Assembly (NCBI RefSeq): GCF_000143415.4 | Contig: NW_003314277.1 | Span: 1,560,083 to 1,624,082, forward strand | Direction of reading: 5' to 3' | Length of the DNA: 64,000 bases | Source: Selaginella moellendorffii | Lineage: Eukaryota > Plantae > Lycopodiophyta | Shown: positions 38,768 through 50,699 of the stretch, piece after piece | Layout of the letters: every line of letters begins with the position of its first letter | Position numbering within the stretch: the stretch's first letter is position 1 | Notes under the pieces: generated by a model | The model's database searches: none | The model's input: only the letters and a program-made list of their open reading frames with translations | What the model was told of the DNA's origin: nothing | Made by a program: the position numbers and the translations under genes

Positions 38768-41700
38768 ATGGTAAGTCTTTTAGGCCAAGTAGAAAATGGC
38801 ATGAGGCCACATGCCATTCAGTAGCAACATTGGCATGCACCGATTGGGCTCTCGAGTGCAGTCCGGTTACAGATGGCGTGTAGCCTCACGCCATCTTAGG
38901 ATGCAGCCTCAAGACATCTGATGTAGTGGTGAATGGCGTGTGGCCTCACGTTATTTCCAGCTGCTAGCTTTTCATCTGTCAGCTCTAATTGTTGTGCATT
39001 TCTGAACAGGCGAGGAATTGCGTTCTTCTTCCAGCCACTGTCAATGTGGATGCAGAGAAGGGGGAGGAGCTCACCAGTTGGACTTTCGGGATGGAAGGCG
39101 AGGATCTGATGCTGTACAACACAGATGGCGGGAGAAAAGAATGCATGGGGATCCTCATCCAAGTGACAGACACTCCATGCAGTTCCATGCAAGAATATGG
39201 ATTGGCACTTGTGGTAGAGACAGCGTCCGCCTTCAAGATCCACCTTGCACATCCTAGCGGCTTCCCGGAGGGGGGCAGCGACTATGAGGAATTCCTAGAG
39301 GGAGCTAGGGAGAGGTTGTCCAGGAGGCCCACAATTTCAAAGACGCTGCGGGTCTATGAAGATCACATGGAATCCACGGACCTCACCTACGGCGATGTTT
39401 AAAAACTATATTCCAACATTGAGCCGTTGAGAGTGCCTCCAGTTCGCGAAGCGAAGGGGAAGGGGGTCGATCTGGAAACTACCCCGAAGCAGAAAAGGGT
39501 GGTCAAGCTCAAGCCAACGTCCGACTCTGCTGCTCCAAAAAAGAAGCTACTCGGTGATGCCATTGCCTCGGGTTCGAACACTACACCCACCAAAAAGAAG
39601 AGCCGCAAAGAGCAGAAAGAGCAAGAAGAGGTAGCAAAAATCGTCACAGATAATAGTACTTGTTACTATTCCAACAAAGTATATACAATCGACGTGAGCC
39701 GTATCGACATCCAAAGCAAATACAACCACAGGCTAGTATCTGATGAGTGGGTGGAGAAACTGAAGCAGAAGATGCTGGCAAGTCCAGTAACACCCGACAT
39801 CGCAGACGTGATCCCCTACTACCAAACAATGAAGGGCGAGACGAGGTTTCCAAACTTGATGAATAGGAAGGTGTTGGACGATCAGAACATCCGGTTCTAT
39901 GCCGTCTCCGGGCAGCATTCTAGCTTGGCGATGCAAGAGATAGTTCTGGATATTATGGTGGGTGAGGAGGTGAAGAAAGTCTTCAAGACAAGAGTTGTCC
40001 GCCTGATAAAAGGCAACTCGCCCCTCCGATCTATCATATCCATCTCCCACGCGTAGAATGTCGAGCAAGAAACGTGCTACAAATCGGGTCTGCACGAGAC
40101 ATTGGCACGAACACGGAAGCTCTGGGTTCAACTGAAGAAGCCACAAAAACCAGGACAAGGACGTGCACTAGCAACTAGCGCCTGGCAGGTAAGCCTCGTT
40201 GCATGTGGCATAGCATGTGGCCTCACGCCATTTCCATTGCAGGAATTCTCGAGTCTTCTCTCGAAAACACTGGGGGTCAATGACACACTCAGCATCCATA
40301 ACATTCTACTCGCGACAAAAGTTGTTTTTGACAAATGGGTAGATGTGCTGAGGAGGTACCATGACGGGGAGTTGCTAAACTCAATGGGTGTGGAGGATGG
40401 CCGGAAGCCCAATGATTTGAAGCTCAACGCCTTGCGTTTCTCGCGGTCTCTAGACGACGACGACCTTTTGACAGTGGCTAATGCTCTTCTATGTGGTGAG
40501 GTAGTCTTCAACAAGACCAAAATGACTCCCGGCCATATTGTGACATACGAGGACTTGTGCACGACTCTGAGAGCTTGTGCGCTATTGAAGGATTGGATCT
40601 TCGAGCAAGTGGCCATGGAGAGGGTGAGCATCGACACCACGCAAGAGATGATGGAAGAGCTGGACTTGTCAAATGAAGACATCGACGAGTATGTGAAGGG
40701 GGCCCCCAAGTTCATCGATCTGCTGCGGGATGCCACGAAAAGTAAAGCTGAGAAGTTGGATCAGTATCCAAATTTCATTAAGAGGGATGTCGACCGCCGG
40801 CTTCAGAAACAGCTCGACCCCGCAGCAGAGGCCTATCGAGAACCTTATCGGGTATACGTGAATACGTGAATACGTGAAGGATCAAAGGTGGAGGAGCATC
40901 GTTTCCCGCGGAGATGAGCAGGTCAAGAACATCTTTTGTGTGATGGACTTCACAAACGAAGAGATCACTCATGCAGACGAAGTCAGCTCCATCATTGACT
41001 TAATGGTGGGACTTGCGGAGGTGGAATCTTCAGTCCACTATATGATCTACGACTCCGAATCCTATCACAAGTTCTGGAAGGCCTTGAACGAGGTGAAGGC
41101 TCGGTTGAAAGGCAAGGAGATGCGGGAGATACATGGGATAATGGCTAAGAAGAAGATACCGACGAATGTCCGCATCTTCACACTCGCCCTTGTTATTGGT
41201 CCTGCAGCAGAGTGGGACTGGAGTGACTTCCCAGCTTCGTTCGACAAGGCCGATCGAATTGATCTGAGGGAGGTCAATTTACCCGTGCCTGAGGAACTGA
41301 AGACGGCTATGGAGCTTTCGAATCCAAAGAAAGCTCTAGGTGCAGCATGGGAAATGCTCAGTTGGGTCTTCAACGCAATAGCGGGTGACACCAAGGGCAA
41401 ATGCGTTGTCGAGTACAACTGCGGCGGACTATTCTTTCGAGCCGCACTACTCAAGGGTGTCCCGTGTGTTGCGGTGACAAACTCCATTGAAGAGGTGACT
41501 TCAATGGAGCATATAATTACAGTTGCCAAAGAAAAACAATATCTTCTTTGCGAACCTGGTGAGTACGCACTTTAAGTTTAAATGTTATCTCACAAGCTTT
41601 GTATGCAGGAGCGTGGCCACCCCCAGATGCTGAAACGGCGTTAACAGCTACTGATGTTAGGCCGAGCTCACAACCTGCACAAGGTAAGGTCACGTGAGGC

Positions 41701-44353
41701 CTCACGCCATTTTGATTATAGATCATTGTGAATATTCAGACACGAGGACTGAAAAGCGCACTGATGGCGCGTCGAAGAAGGACAAACAGACAAGCAATAG
41801 GAAAAAAGGAGGTACAAATTATATTTGCAATGGCGTGTGGTCTCATGCCATTCCTTGCAGGAGACACTTCTTCAAAGGCAAAACAGGCAAGCACTAGTCA
41901 AGCTCAAACTGAAAGTGGTCATAAAAAGCGAAAGCACGTTGGACAGTCGTCGGGATCAGAGGCATTTGATTCGAAAAGGAAGAAGGGCAACGAAAAGATG
42001 ATAGGTAATGCCTCGCGGTTATGGCGTGTGTGCTCATGCCATTCATTGCAGATCAAGGGCTGAGTGAAAGGAGCCAGTCACCACCTCCTGACTCAGATTC
42101 CTATGGCGGACTCCCCTTCCCCAATCTCAATGGAGAGGTACAATGGATGAGGGATGCTTTTCAAGTCAGGGCCACGTTTTTCTCATCTCGTCATCTTCGA
42201 AGGGTGCAAGAACATGCAGAAACCATGTTAAGACAGTCGGGTGAGGATACGGTCCTAGGTCAAGCACTGAAACAGGCTATGGATGTCTTGTATTTTGAGA
42301 TGGAGACTCGGCCAGATGATTTTCCCAAGATGGTCCTGGAAAAACAAGCCATCCAGCCTGAGCAGCCTATGGAAGAAATGCAGGAGGGGGATGAGGAGCC
42401 AGAGAAAGATAATGAGCAAGAAGAGCAGAAGGACGAAGAGGAGGAGAAAGAAGAGGAGGACGAAGAAGAGGAGGACGAAGAGGACTTGGATGGTCCTTAC
42501 AATGGTGACGATCACAATAACGACGATAACGATGATGACGACGATGGCCAGCCTGAGGTGGCCAAAGAGCAGCGGAGGAAGGTCATACAAGACAAACCAT
42601 CAGGTAAATAATAGTACATCCATTCCTAACCTTTTACCATTTCTAACATTGTCCATGTAGGTCGCAGAAGAAATGGTAAGTAGAGATTATTCAGTTGAAT
42701 TAAGATATAAACTCTAGCCTTTAGTGTCGAGGAAGGATAGTGCCAAGCAAGGGTTGAAACGTATGTCCAATCCTTCAGAATCAGCAGTGCGCCCAATAGC
42801 AGTTGATGGTAAATACAGTATAGTCGATTCAATATGCTAATGAGTTTGTTTTTAGTAGCCAGTAGGGAGGATACCATCTCAATCGAAGGGAGATATTTGG
42901 ACATGCATATGGATCCGCCAGTGGACTCTACTTGCCTGCAAGAGTCATCAAAGCTGGTGGAGGCTACTATCCATATCAACGCCAAGCAAGCTGACCACAC
43001 TCCACTTGATGCTGCCCATACCACTGAGTCAATCTTGTCCACGTATCCAACTGACGGTGACCAGGCGCCATTGGACCCGCATGAGGCCGCCCCAGCCGCC
43101 AAGCCGGTCGTATCCTCATTTCCAACGGACTCAACATGTGCCCAATCGTCTGACTACGCGCCGTTGGAACCTCCCTACACCGCCTCTGCTGCCTGTTCGG
43201 TCATGTCCACTTTGCCAACGGAGGCACCAGCTGAAATGGCGTGTGATCACACGCCATCGGAACCACCCCATGCCACTGTTGAGCCAGTTGTACCAGAGTC
43301 TACAGCTGAAATGGCATGTGCCCACACGCCATCGGATGCGATTGACCCCACATTGCAGAGGAGAGTATTTCCGCCCTTCACGTTTCCTCGACCAAAACCC
43401 TCTGAACAACCATCGGGAGCACCATTCGCTAATATTGTAGATGGTAAAATTGACTTGTACCATTTTTTATGCTGACGCATTTCATTTCAGAGTCACGGCG
43501 AAAGTACTGTATCGTTTTTGATTTGAACGGTGTCCTTTTCTCCCATGAGCGTGGCTCGTCCTCGAATGTCACTGCACCCTCCAAAGCCTGCGGTCGCAAG
43601 TTGGTCAAAAGAGATAGATTCACATTAATCACACGGGAGAAACTGCGGGATCTAATAATGACCATGTGACACTTAAAACAGAGGGCCGGGTTCAATTTGC
43701 AATTGGGAGTTTGGACATCCATGATGCGCCACAATGCATTAACGTTGCTACAGATGATGCACGATCAGACGCGAGTAATATTACCATTTGACTTTCTCCT
43801 AACGCAGGAGGATTGCTTGACTATGGTCCATGTGAGGGGTAGCAAGCCCATCTTCGTCAAGCCAGAGGCTGTAGTGATGAACCGGACTGCTAGGTCAAGT
43901 GAAATCCTCATCATCGATGACTCGCCGATTAAAGCTACAGCGAACACGCACACATATGCATTGCACCCCATCTCTTGCAGTATGGAAACTAGGGAGAAGA
44001 AACCGTATATTCTGGGGGACCTTGCAAAACGGCTTGAAGCGATGGTGATAGAGAACCGGCCAGTCCAGGAGGTGGCTGCAGAAATCAACCAAATGGCAGA
44101 TGGAACGGTATATCAGAAGCCATTTGATCGGACAGACACCAGTCATCATTTATGGCATGTATATTGTCTAGCCAAGCACTATCCGCATCTCCATAATCTG
44201 CTCAACCGGATGGGTTCTTCGACCACTGAACATGAGCGTGGACGTATTAGAGAAGAGATGGCATTACTATTGGGTTTAAATCCTGATAGTGTGGAGAGTA
44301 ATGAAATTCCAAGATTATTGTATAGGCGTTGGAGGCAAAAAATAACAGTCTGA
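38768..44353 (+). pseudogene. Multi-exon transposon cargo gene: ParB/Srx-like domain, helical region, degenerate beta-class DNA MTase-like fold, acidic tract, FCP1/NIF-like HAD phosphatase
   Basis: ATG|gtaagt at 38768; colinear same-frame ORFs 38989, 39427 and 40102; FYAVSGQHSSLAM; GKCVVEYNCGGLFFRAALLKGVPCVAV; IVFDLNGVLF...VWTS...IIDDSPIK; short GT-AG introns. Has premature stops and one frameshift. Confidence 0.7.
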
Positions 44354-46455
44354 GATGGCATGTATTTATTTAAAAATGTAACTTATTATGGCATGGGGTT
44401 CCATGCCATTGTATTAATATTAAAAGACAATTCTTTGAGAGGATTTGCATTATACTAGAAGTGTTACAGCATGTTATTGGAAGTCTACGAAGTTGTTTTA
44501 TTAATAAGGGGAAAGTAAAGATTGAATGGGGACTTGGGCTCCACCTAGACTCAGAGCAACTGAGCCAATATTAAAAGGATGAAAAGAAATTGGACGACGA
44601 TGACAAGGAGAAGAGAGAGGTGAAGCAGTGGCAGGGGGAGGAGAGGTGATTGAGTAAACATTTCCTTGTTTAAAATAAAATGGCATGTGCCTCAATGCAG
44701 TTGAATTTTGTTATATTTATATACTATATAAAGGTTTGGAAACCTTATTTTACAAGTGGGATAATGACAATTCCTACTTTAACGAAATAGAGCTCTAATG
44801 GTTAATATGCAATAAGATTAATCTTGTATTTATAAATAACAACATACTTATAATTATAAACTTTATTTGATCAATTGAATTAATAAGTATGAATAACACT
44901 TCTATTAAACAAACCAAGCATTACTACATGAAATATGTAGCAATTTATTCTGAACATGCTTTCATAATAGATTTACAATATTTGTTATAAATATGTTTTA
45001 GAGAAGTTCTTAATGCACCTCCATAAGTTATACTATTTGACATCCCTAATGAACATAATCTTCTAAATGCTGAAATTATTGAGTTAAACACTTTTATATC
45101 AACAATAATCATTCTTTCTTTATTTTCAGTAAATTATTTCTTTCCATAAACTATAAAGAAAATAAATAAGGAATTAGGACTTTAGCCACTGCCATATATT
45201 TTACACCTATAAATCATATCCTCAAAGAAAAGTACTAATTTATAAGAAAATATGCTATAATCATATCCTATAATATCTCGAAGCAAAAATCTAACACGCA
45301 TAATTTATTATAATTAAATTTTCCTGAATTGTTGCTTGCCAAATAGCTGTTGTTTACACATATCTTTTTTTTAAAAAAAAAACCTTATATTTATTCATTG
45401 CCTAAAACCTTGATCCATAAAAAATCCCCAAAATTTAGAAAGAATTTTAGCTTGACACTAAAGAGACAAGCTTGTGATATTGGAGCTCCCACAACATTGG
45501 TGGCAACCATTGCAAATGCCATTGCCAAATGAGATACTATTATATAGCATTGGTTTTCAAAGCAGTGGAAAGATATTTTAGAATAGTTTTAAGCTTTGGT
45601 CTCTCTAAATGAATTTAGACCAGTGGATTAACAACTCCAAAATATATTTAGCACCCCAAATCAGCTTCTTAGAGTCCTATAGCCATCTTGTCCTTAGTAA
45701 ATTGCTCTTAATAAAATTATAACCAATTCAAATATAGAATTAGTCGAGATCTTAATTAATTTTTATATTTTTGTAATTTTAATATCTAGTTTTATTTTTA
45801 AAAAGCTTCAGCTACTTTGAGTTTTGGTTTGCTTGGAAAACTTGTACAAGGTACAGTGTATAAGGAATAAACCTAAAACATTCAATTATATTCAAGGATA
45901 TTCCTCAATCCAATAGTTGAGATCCACTGTTAAATTTTTCTCTGATTTTTTTGTAATAAATGTTTAATGCTATTTTCATTACTTATCACTAATAGAAAAT
46001 ATTGTTTAAATTTCTATCCAGTCAATATAAACTTGATAACAAGGGAAAATTTAAACAGCACGACAACACCAACAATAACATAAAACTCAAATTCTCTACT
46101 CACTTGCATTATAGCAATAAGTTCCTTGAATCTATGAAAGCCATTCTATAATATACCTCATACAATTCAAGGGTGTGTAAATGAAAATATATTAAGGCAA
46201 GATCATATACTAATCTTGCTAGCTTGAGCTCAGACATAAAGATTTCCTATTAAGTTTCACTTGAGTTCTGGTGAGGAGCCCTTATAGAATCACTATTTTC
46301 AATTTTGTTTAAAAAGAGAGTTAACTAATCACATCACTAACCAAAAGTGATAAGGTGCGTGTTAGCAATGTATAGGAAAACACAAAAACACCAAAAAGGC
46401 CAAAATGTACTATTGTTAACCAAATTTAACTCTAACAAAGTTGAATAATACATTT

Positions 46456-47349
46456 TTAAAATTTCTTATCAATATTCTTGAAAGATTTAGTATTCAATGC
46501 CCACCAGAATGAATTTGGTGCTTCTGATTTATATATAACCATATTACAATCATTTGTTATTGTAAGAAAAGTGAACAACAAACAATTCATACAAAATTTT
46601 TTAGTAGACCACATTACTGTTTTATTTTCTGTATATAATACAAGATGACCATCATTTTGTAAAATAAGTATGCATATACCAAAATATTCATTTATATTGT
46701 CAGAAATCCACAACCTTTCTCTCTTAGAATAGAGAGAAATTTTACAATTTGATGTTACTAATAAAATATTCACTCTATTTGTAGAAATTATATATTGACT
46801 AGTATAAAGTCTATTATTGCTAAATCCAGCACTCAAAGTTGTTAATGATAAATCACAAATATATGATATTCCACTTAAGGTAGTATTTTTAAATATTATT
46901 TTCTCAAGTAAATTGTTATCTTCTTCTGTAAGAAAAGCATTATACTCAAAATTATAATGCTCTGATGTTATGGTACATTCTTCAGCACGTGCTTTCACTA
47001 TAGAATTATAATACTGTTTATATATACGTTTTAAAGCAGTTCTTAATGCACCTCCATGAGTTATATTGTTTGACATCCCTGATGAACATATAGGTGGATT
47101 ACCTTCTAAACGTTGAAACAGAAAAACTGCAGTTATTCTTTTATATTCTACAATAAATATGTTGTGGTAGGTTGAGGAATATGTGTGATTTCTTGATTTG
47201 ATATGTGATAATAGACGTGTAAATCCTTCATCAATAATCATTCCAACTTCATTTTCAGATAAAAAATTTGTATTTCCAAATTTTATTTCTGATTTTTTTC
47301 CAAAAATAGAAATAAATTGAAAAAGAAATAAAAATATTTTCAGAAACAT
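46456..47349 (-). CDS. Secreted protein with unknown N-terminal domain and C-terminal bulb-type (B/GNA-like) lectin domain
   Basis: Hydrophobic N-terminus MFLKIFLFLFQFISIFG; LILQNDGHLVLY...VMWST and ITNDCNMVIY repeats; intact 297-aa ORF in very AT-rich DNA. Confidence 0.85.
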   Translation of the reverse strand: MFLKIFLFLFQFISIFGKKSEIKFGNTNFLSENEVGMIIDEGFTRLLSHIKSRNHTYSSTYHNIFIVEYKRITAVFLFQRLEGNPPICSSGMSNNITHGGALRTALKRIYKQYYNSIVKARAEECTITSEHYNFEYNAFLTEEDNNLLEKIIFKNTTLSGISYICDLSLTTLSAGFSNNRLYTSQYIISTNRVNILLVTSNCKISLYSKRERLWISDNINEYFGICILILQNDGHLVLYTENKTVMWSTKKFCMNCLLFTFLTITNDCNMVIYKSEAPNSFWWALNTKSFKNIDKKF

Positions 47350-48849
47350 TTTAAAGTTTCTTTAGAATCTATAAAGAAAATAAATACTCTGGACAAGCTC
47401 GTAGTAGATCCCAAAATTTAGGACTTTAATTTTTGATAGAATAGGATATGATTATATATAAGATATAAGAGATATGTAGGATATGATTATAATATAGTTA
47501 TCTTATAAAGTACATAAATAATATAACGAATATATTATTTATAAATGTGACATATGTCAGTGGCTGAAGCAAAAATCCAACTAGAAAATTTTCTTATAAT
47601 TGTAAATTTTCTTTCACTGTTGCTTGCTAAATGGATTTTGCACTATTGTTTACATATATGATCATAATTTAATTTTAAAAAATAAATTTTATTTCTCATT
47701 GCCAGGAATAACCAAGAATATAATACATACCTTATAGCAACTTAAAACTGAATTCTTAAGTGAAATAAAATAAAACCAGATATTCAATTTACAAAAATAT
47801 AAAACTGTAATTAAGATTAATTTTAAGACAGAGTGTGAGTGTGGTACTGAGATCAACTACTCTGATTTTGATATTGAAATTCGTTTTATTGAAATTCTTA
47901 ATATTTTGAAGACCAATTTACTAAGGTTTCAAATCATAAGCTGGCTATAGGACTCTATGAACTAATTTAGAGGGTGTTAAATATATTTTAAAATTGTTAA
48001 TCCAATGGTATAAAATCATTTAGATACTATTATATAGCATCAATTTTCCAAAAAGTGGAAAGTTATTTCAAGAAACTTCTAAGCTTTGGGGTGCTCACTA
48101 TCTTAGTTTTAATTACCAATGTTGTAGGAGCTCTAATCTCTCTAGTGTTCAGCTAAAATGCTTTTAAAATTTTAGGGCTTTTTTATGGGTCATGATTTTA
48201 CAAGTTGAGGTTTTCCACTGTTAAAATTTTCTCTAATTAATTTGTAATAAAGATTTAATGCTTATCACTAATATAAACTATTGTTTAAATTTCTATCTTG
48301 TCAACTAGAGGAAAATTTTAAAACATCCAATAATGATATAAAACTCAGTTTTTAACTCAGTTGCATCATAGTAATCCTTGAATCTAAGAAAGCTTTGCCA
48401 CTTAGATCAAGTACTGCCCAGAAGAAATAGGAGTTTCAACAAAACTCTATGCTATATTTCATACTTGAGATTTGTCTGCATATGGGTATGGGCATATCAT
48501 TAGTACTAATGGGGTTAAATTCATTTCACTCTCATAACTGCCTTGGCAAGAATCCCACCAAAATATTAATAGCAAAGAAGCCAAAGTAAACATTTGCTGC
48601 CACTTCCACTCCCCTTAATATTATTGTATCACCACCTCCACTATCACCACCACCACCATTGCTAGTAGGAACAACACCATTGTCTCCCTCACCAACCATA
48701 TTTGACACCAATTTAACACCTCATTGACAAGAGAGTTAAATATCTAAGGCAACCATTAAGGTTACAATAAGGTGCAATAGTTGTCAAGAGTGTGCTAAAT
48801 TAGTAAACAAGCTACTATGTAACCTCAAAACCAAGAAAGTAAAACACTC

Positions 48850-49900
48850 GATCAAAGTCCTTTATCTAAAATTGTTGGCTGGGAGCAGCTTTCAAAGTGG
48901 TAATGGTATCTAAATTGATGAGCAGATCATCAATATAGAGGCCAATATAGAGGCCATACAAAGCTTTCTTTAATTGCATACAACTTTAGTAGAGCAATGT
49001 CATCCTCAAACATAAAATATGCATGTAGATATCTTCCTTTAAATCCCTATTTGAAAATAACATTCATATGGTGGGTTTGCCAATTGCAAGTGATGGCAAG
49101 GGTGAAGGTTAGTTATTTTCACAACTAGCGAAAACAATTCATCATAGTTCAAACCATAGACTTGATGAAAGCTTCTATGAATATCTTGTTTTTGTTATCA
49201 AGATTTTCTAGAGCAAATTTGGTTATATACATTAGTATATTCAAAGATGGAAACATTAGGAGTTGAGCCCATCCAAAATTCCTCAAAGGTTTTACCATCT
49301 AATATAGTGGTGGCAAAATGATTTTGGACATGAATTCCTATGGCCATAGCTTCTTGTTAAGAATCAACAACTAAAGCATGAGTAGCATTTATAAAAGTGA
49401 AATTTTTCCTCTCACTAACACTATTTTGTTATGGGGTGTAGTGGGCCATGGCTTGGACTCTAGTATGGTAGATTCCCCAAAGAACTTTGATCTTATAACC
49501 AAAAAAATTTTCAATGTAAGCTTTATATGTTTTAAAAGCTTCTATTGCATCACTTTTTTTCTTTAAGAAATGAATACATCCTTTGATTGTAATTATCAAT
49601 GAATGTGATGAAATATGTTACTCTATTATGGCTTAGCACATCTATAAGGCCACAAAGATTAGAATGGACCAAGTTTAGGAGTTTATTGGCTCAATACTTG
49701 GTAAGAAAATTCTAAGGTGATAATTGTCTAAGATGCAAACTTCACAAAAATTTAATGGAATCCATCCAAAATCCAATTTAGTAACAACACCATCGGACTT
49801 CATATACTAGATTGATAGTTCACATGACAAAGTCATTTGTATTATAACTCAGCATAAGAATCCATTAATATAATCTAGAACACATCAACCCAATCATTAC
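48850..49900 (-). mobile_element. Decayed Ty1/copia pol remnant
   Basis: Minus strand near 49120-49170 reads FHQVYGLNYDELFSLVVK, matching the copia RT GFxQxYGIDYxETFSPVVK motif; limits approximate. Confidence 0.6.
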
Positions 49901-50699
49901 TAACAATTTCATAGAAAGGGAGGGGGCGGGGCCGGGGGCAGGGGCAGGGGGGTTCAGGTTCAAAATGTATAGTATACAGTGGGTAGGTTGGGTATGACAA
50001 ACTAGGATGTACTAGGCTTGGCTAGTACATCCTCCATAACTCCTCCTACATCTTCAGCTCTTCTAACGGGTTGAGAAGGTCCAACATCAATTAGAGGGAA
50101 TCTAACAAATGCCAACTTAAAGGGCAATTTGCATGCAATGGTTGAACCTAGTACTTGTTGAACAACTGAATCATACTCTCCATAGATGTTTAAGGATATT
50201 GGCTAGCATTTCTTTTAAACTCAAGTCACAACTGTAAGTGTCTCATTGTTGATAGTGTTGATGTGGAGAGCCAATTCCTTTCCTTTGCTCGTCAATGGGG
50301 TGGCTTCAATTACGAGTTGTTGGAGTTGCTAATCTGGAGGTGGCCAAAGTGTGGAGTTATCAACAAGTGGATGCTCTTGGACACATTAGCTCTTGGGAGG
50401 TTGAATTTTTGGATGGAGGTGATAACACTATTTTATCAAGTGTATACTAGCTTTGCAATCGGTACACAAATGTCGGGGTCATCTCAATGCTATCTTTGTT
50501 TGCTAAACTCTCAACACCTTAAGTTCCTTGAGAATGGTTATCTATTGCTATTGTTGGTGTAAGAGAGCTTGTTGTTGATGCTCAAGAAGGCCTCTGTACT
50601 GGCAAAATTCTGTAATAGCAGATTCCAATGTTGGTGGCAATCTATCTTCCACGACTCTAGGTGTAAGTTGGTAAAAAACCACTGTGATTGGATGCTTGA

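Larger units (their letters stand above)
31305..44795. mobile_element. Large (13.5 kb) Sola-type DNA transposon with cargo gene
   Basis: Left end AAGCTCTATTTCGTTAAAGTGGGA; right end TCCTACTTTAACGAAATAGAGCTC (inverted match); 4-bp TSD TAAT on both sides; internal DDD-type transposase; host lectin pseudogene resumes beyond it. Confidence 0.85.
25715..45150 (-). pseudogene. Disrupted paralog of the B-lectin gene, split into three pieces (25715-25877, 30889-31115, ~44915-45150) by transposon insertions
   Basis: Each piece aligns colinearly with 46536-47140, e.g. ccatattacaatcatt, atatgatattccacttaag, taatgcacctccat, tttgacatccctRatgaacata. Confidence 0.8.

Noticed and set aside
31849-44700. Palindromic repeats as a CRISPR array
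   Set aside because: Irregular spacing, degenerate copies, located in eukaryotic introns, no cas genes.
49918-49952. G-run cluster with G-quadruplex potential
   Set aside because: Isolated, at a junction of decayed TEs, no evidence of function.
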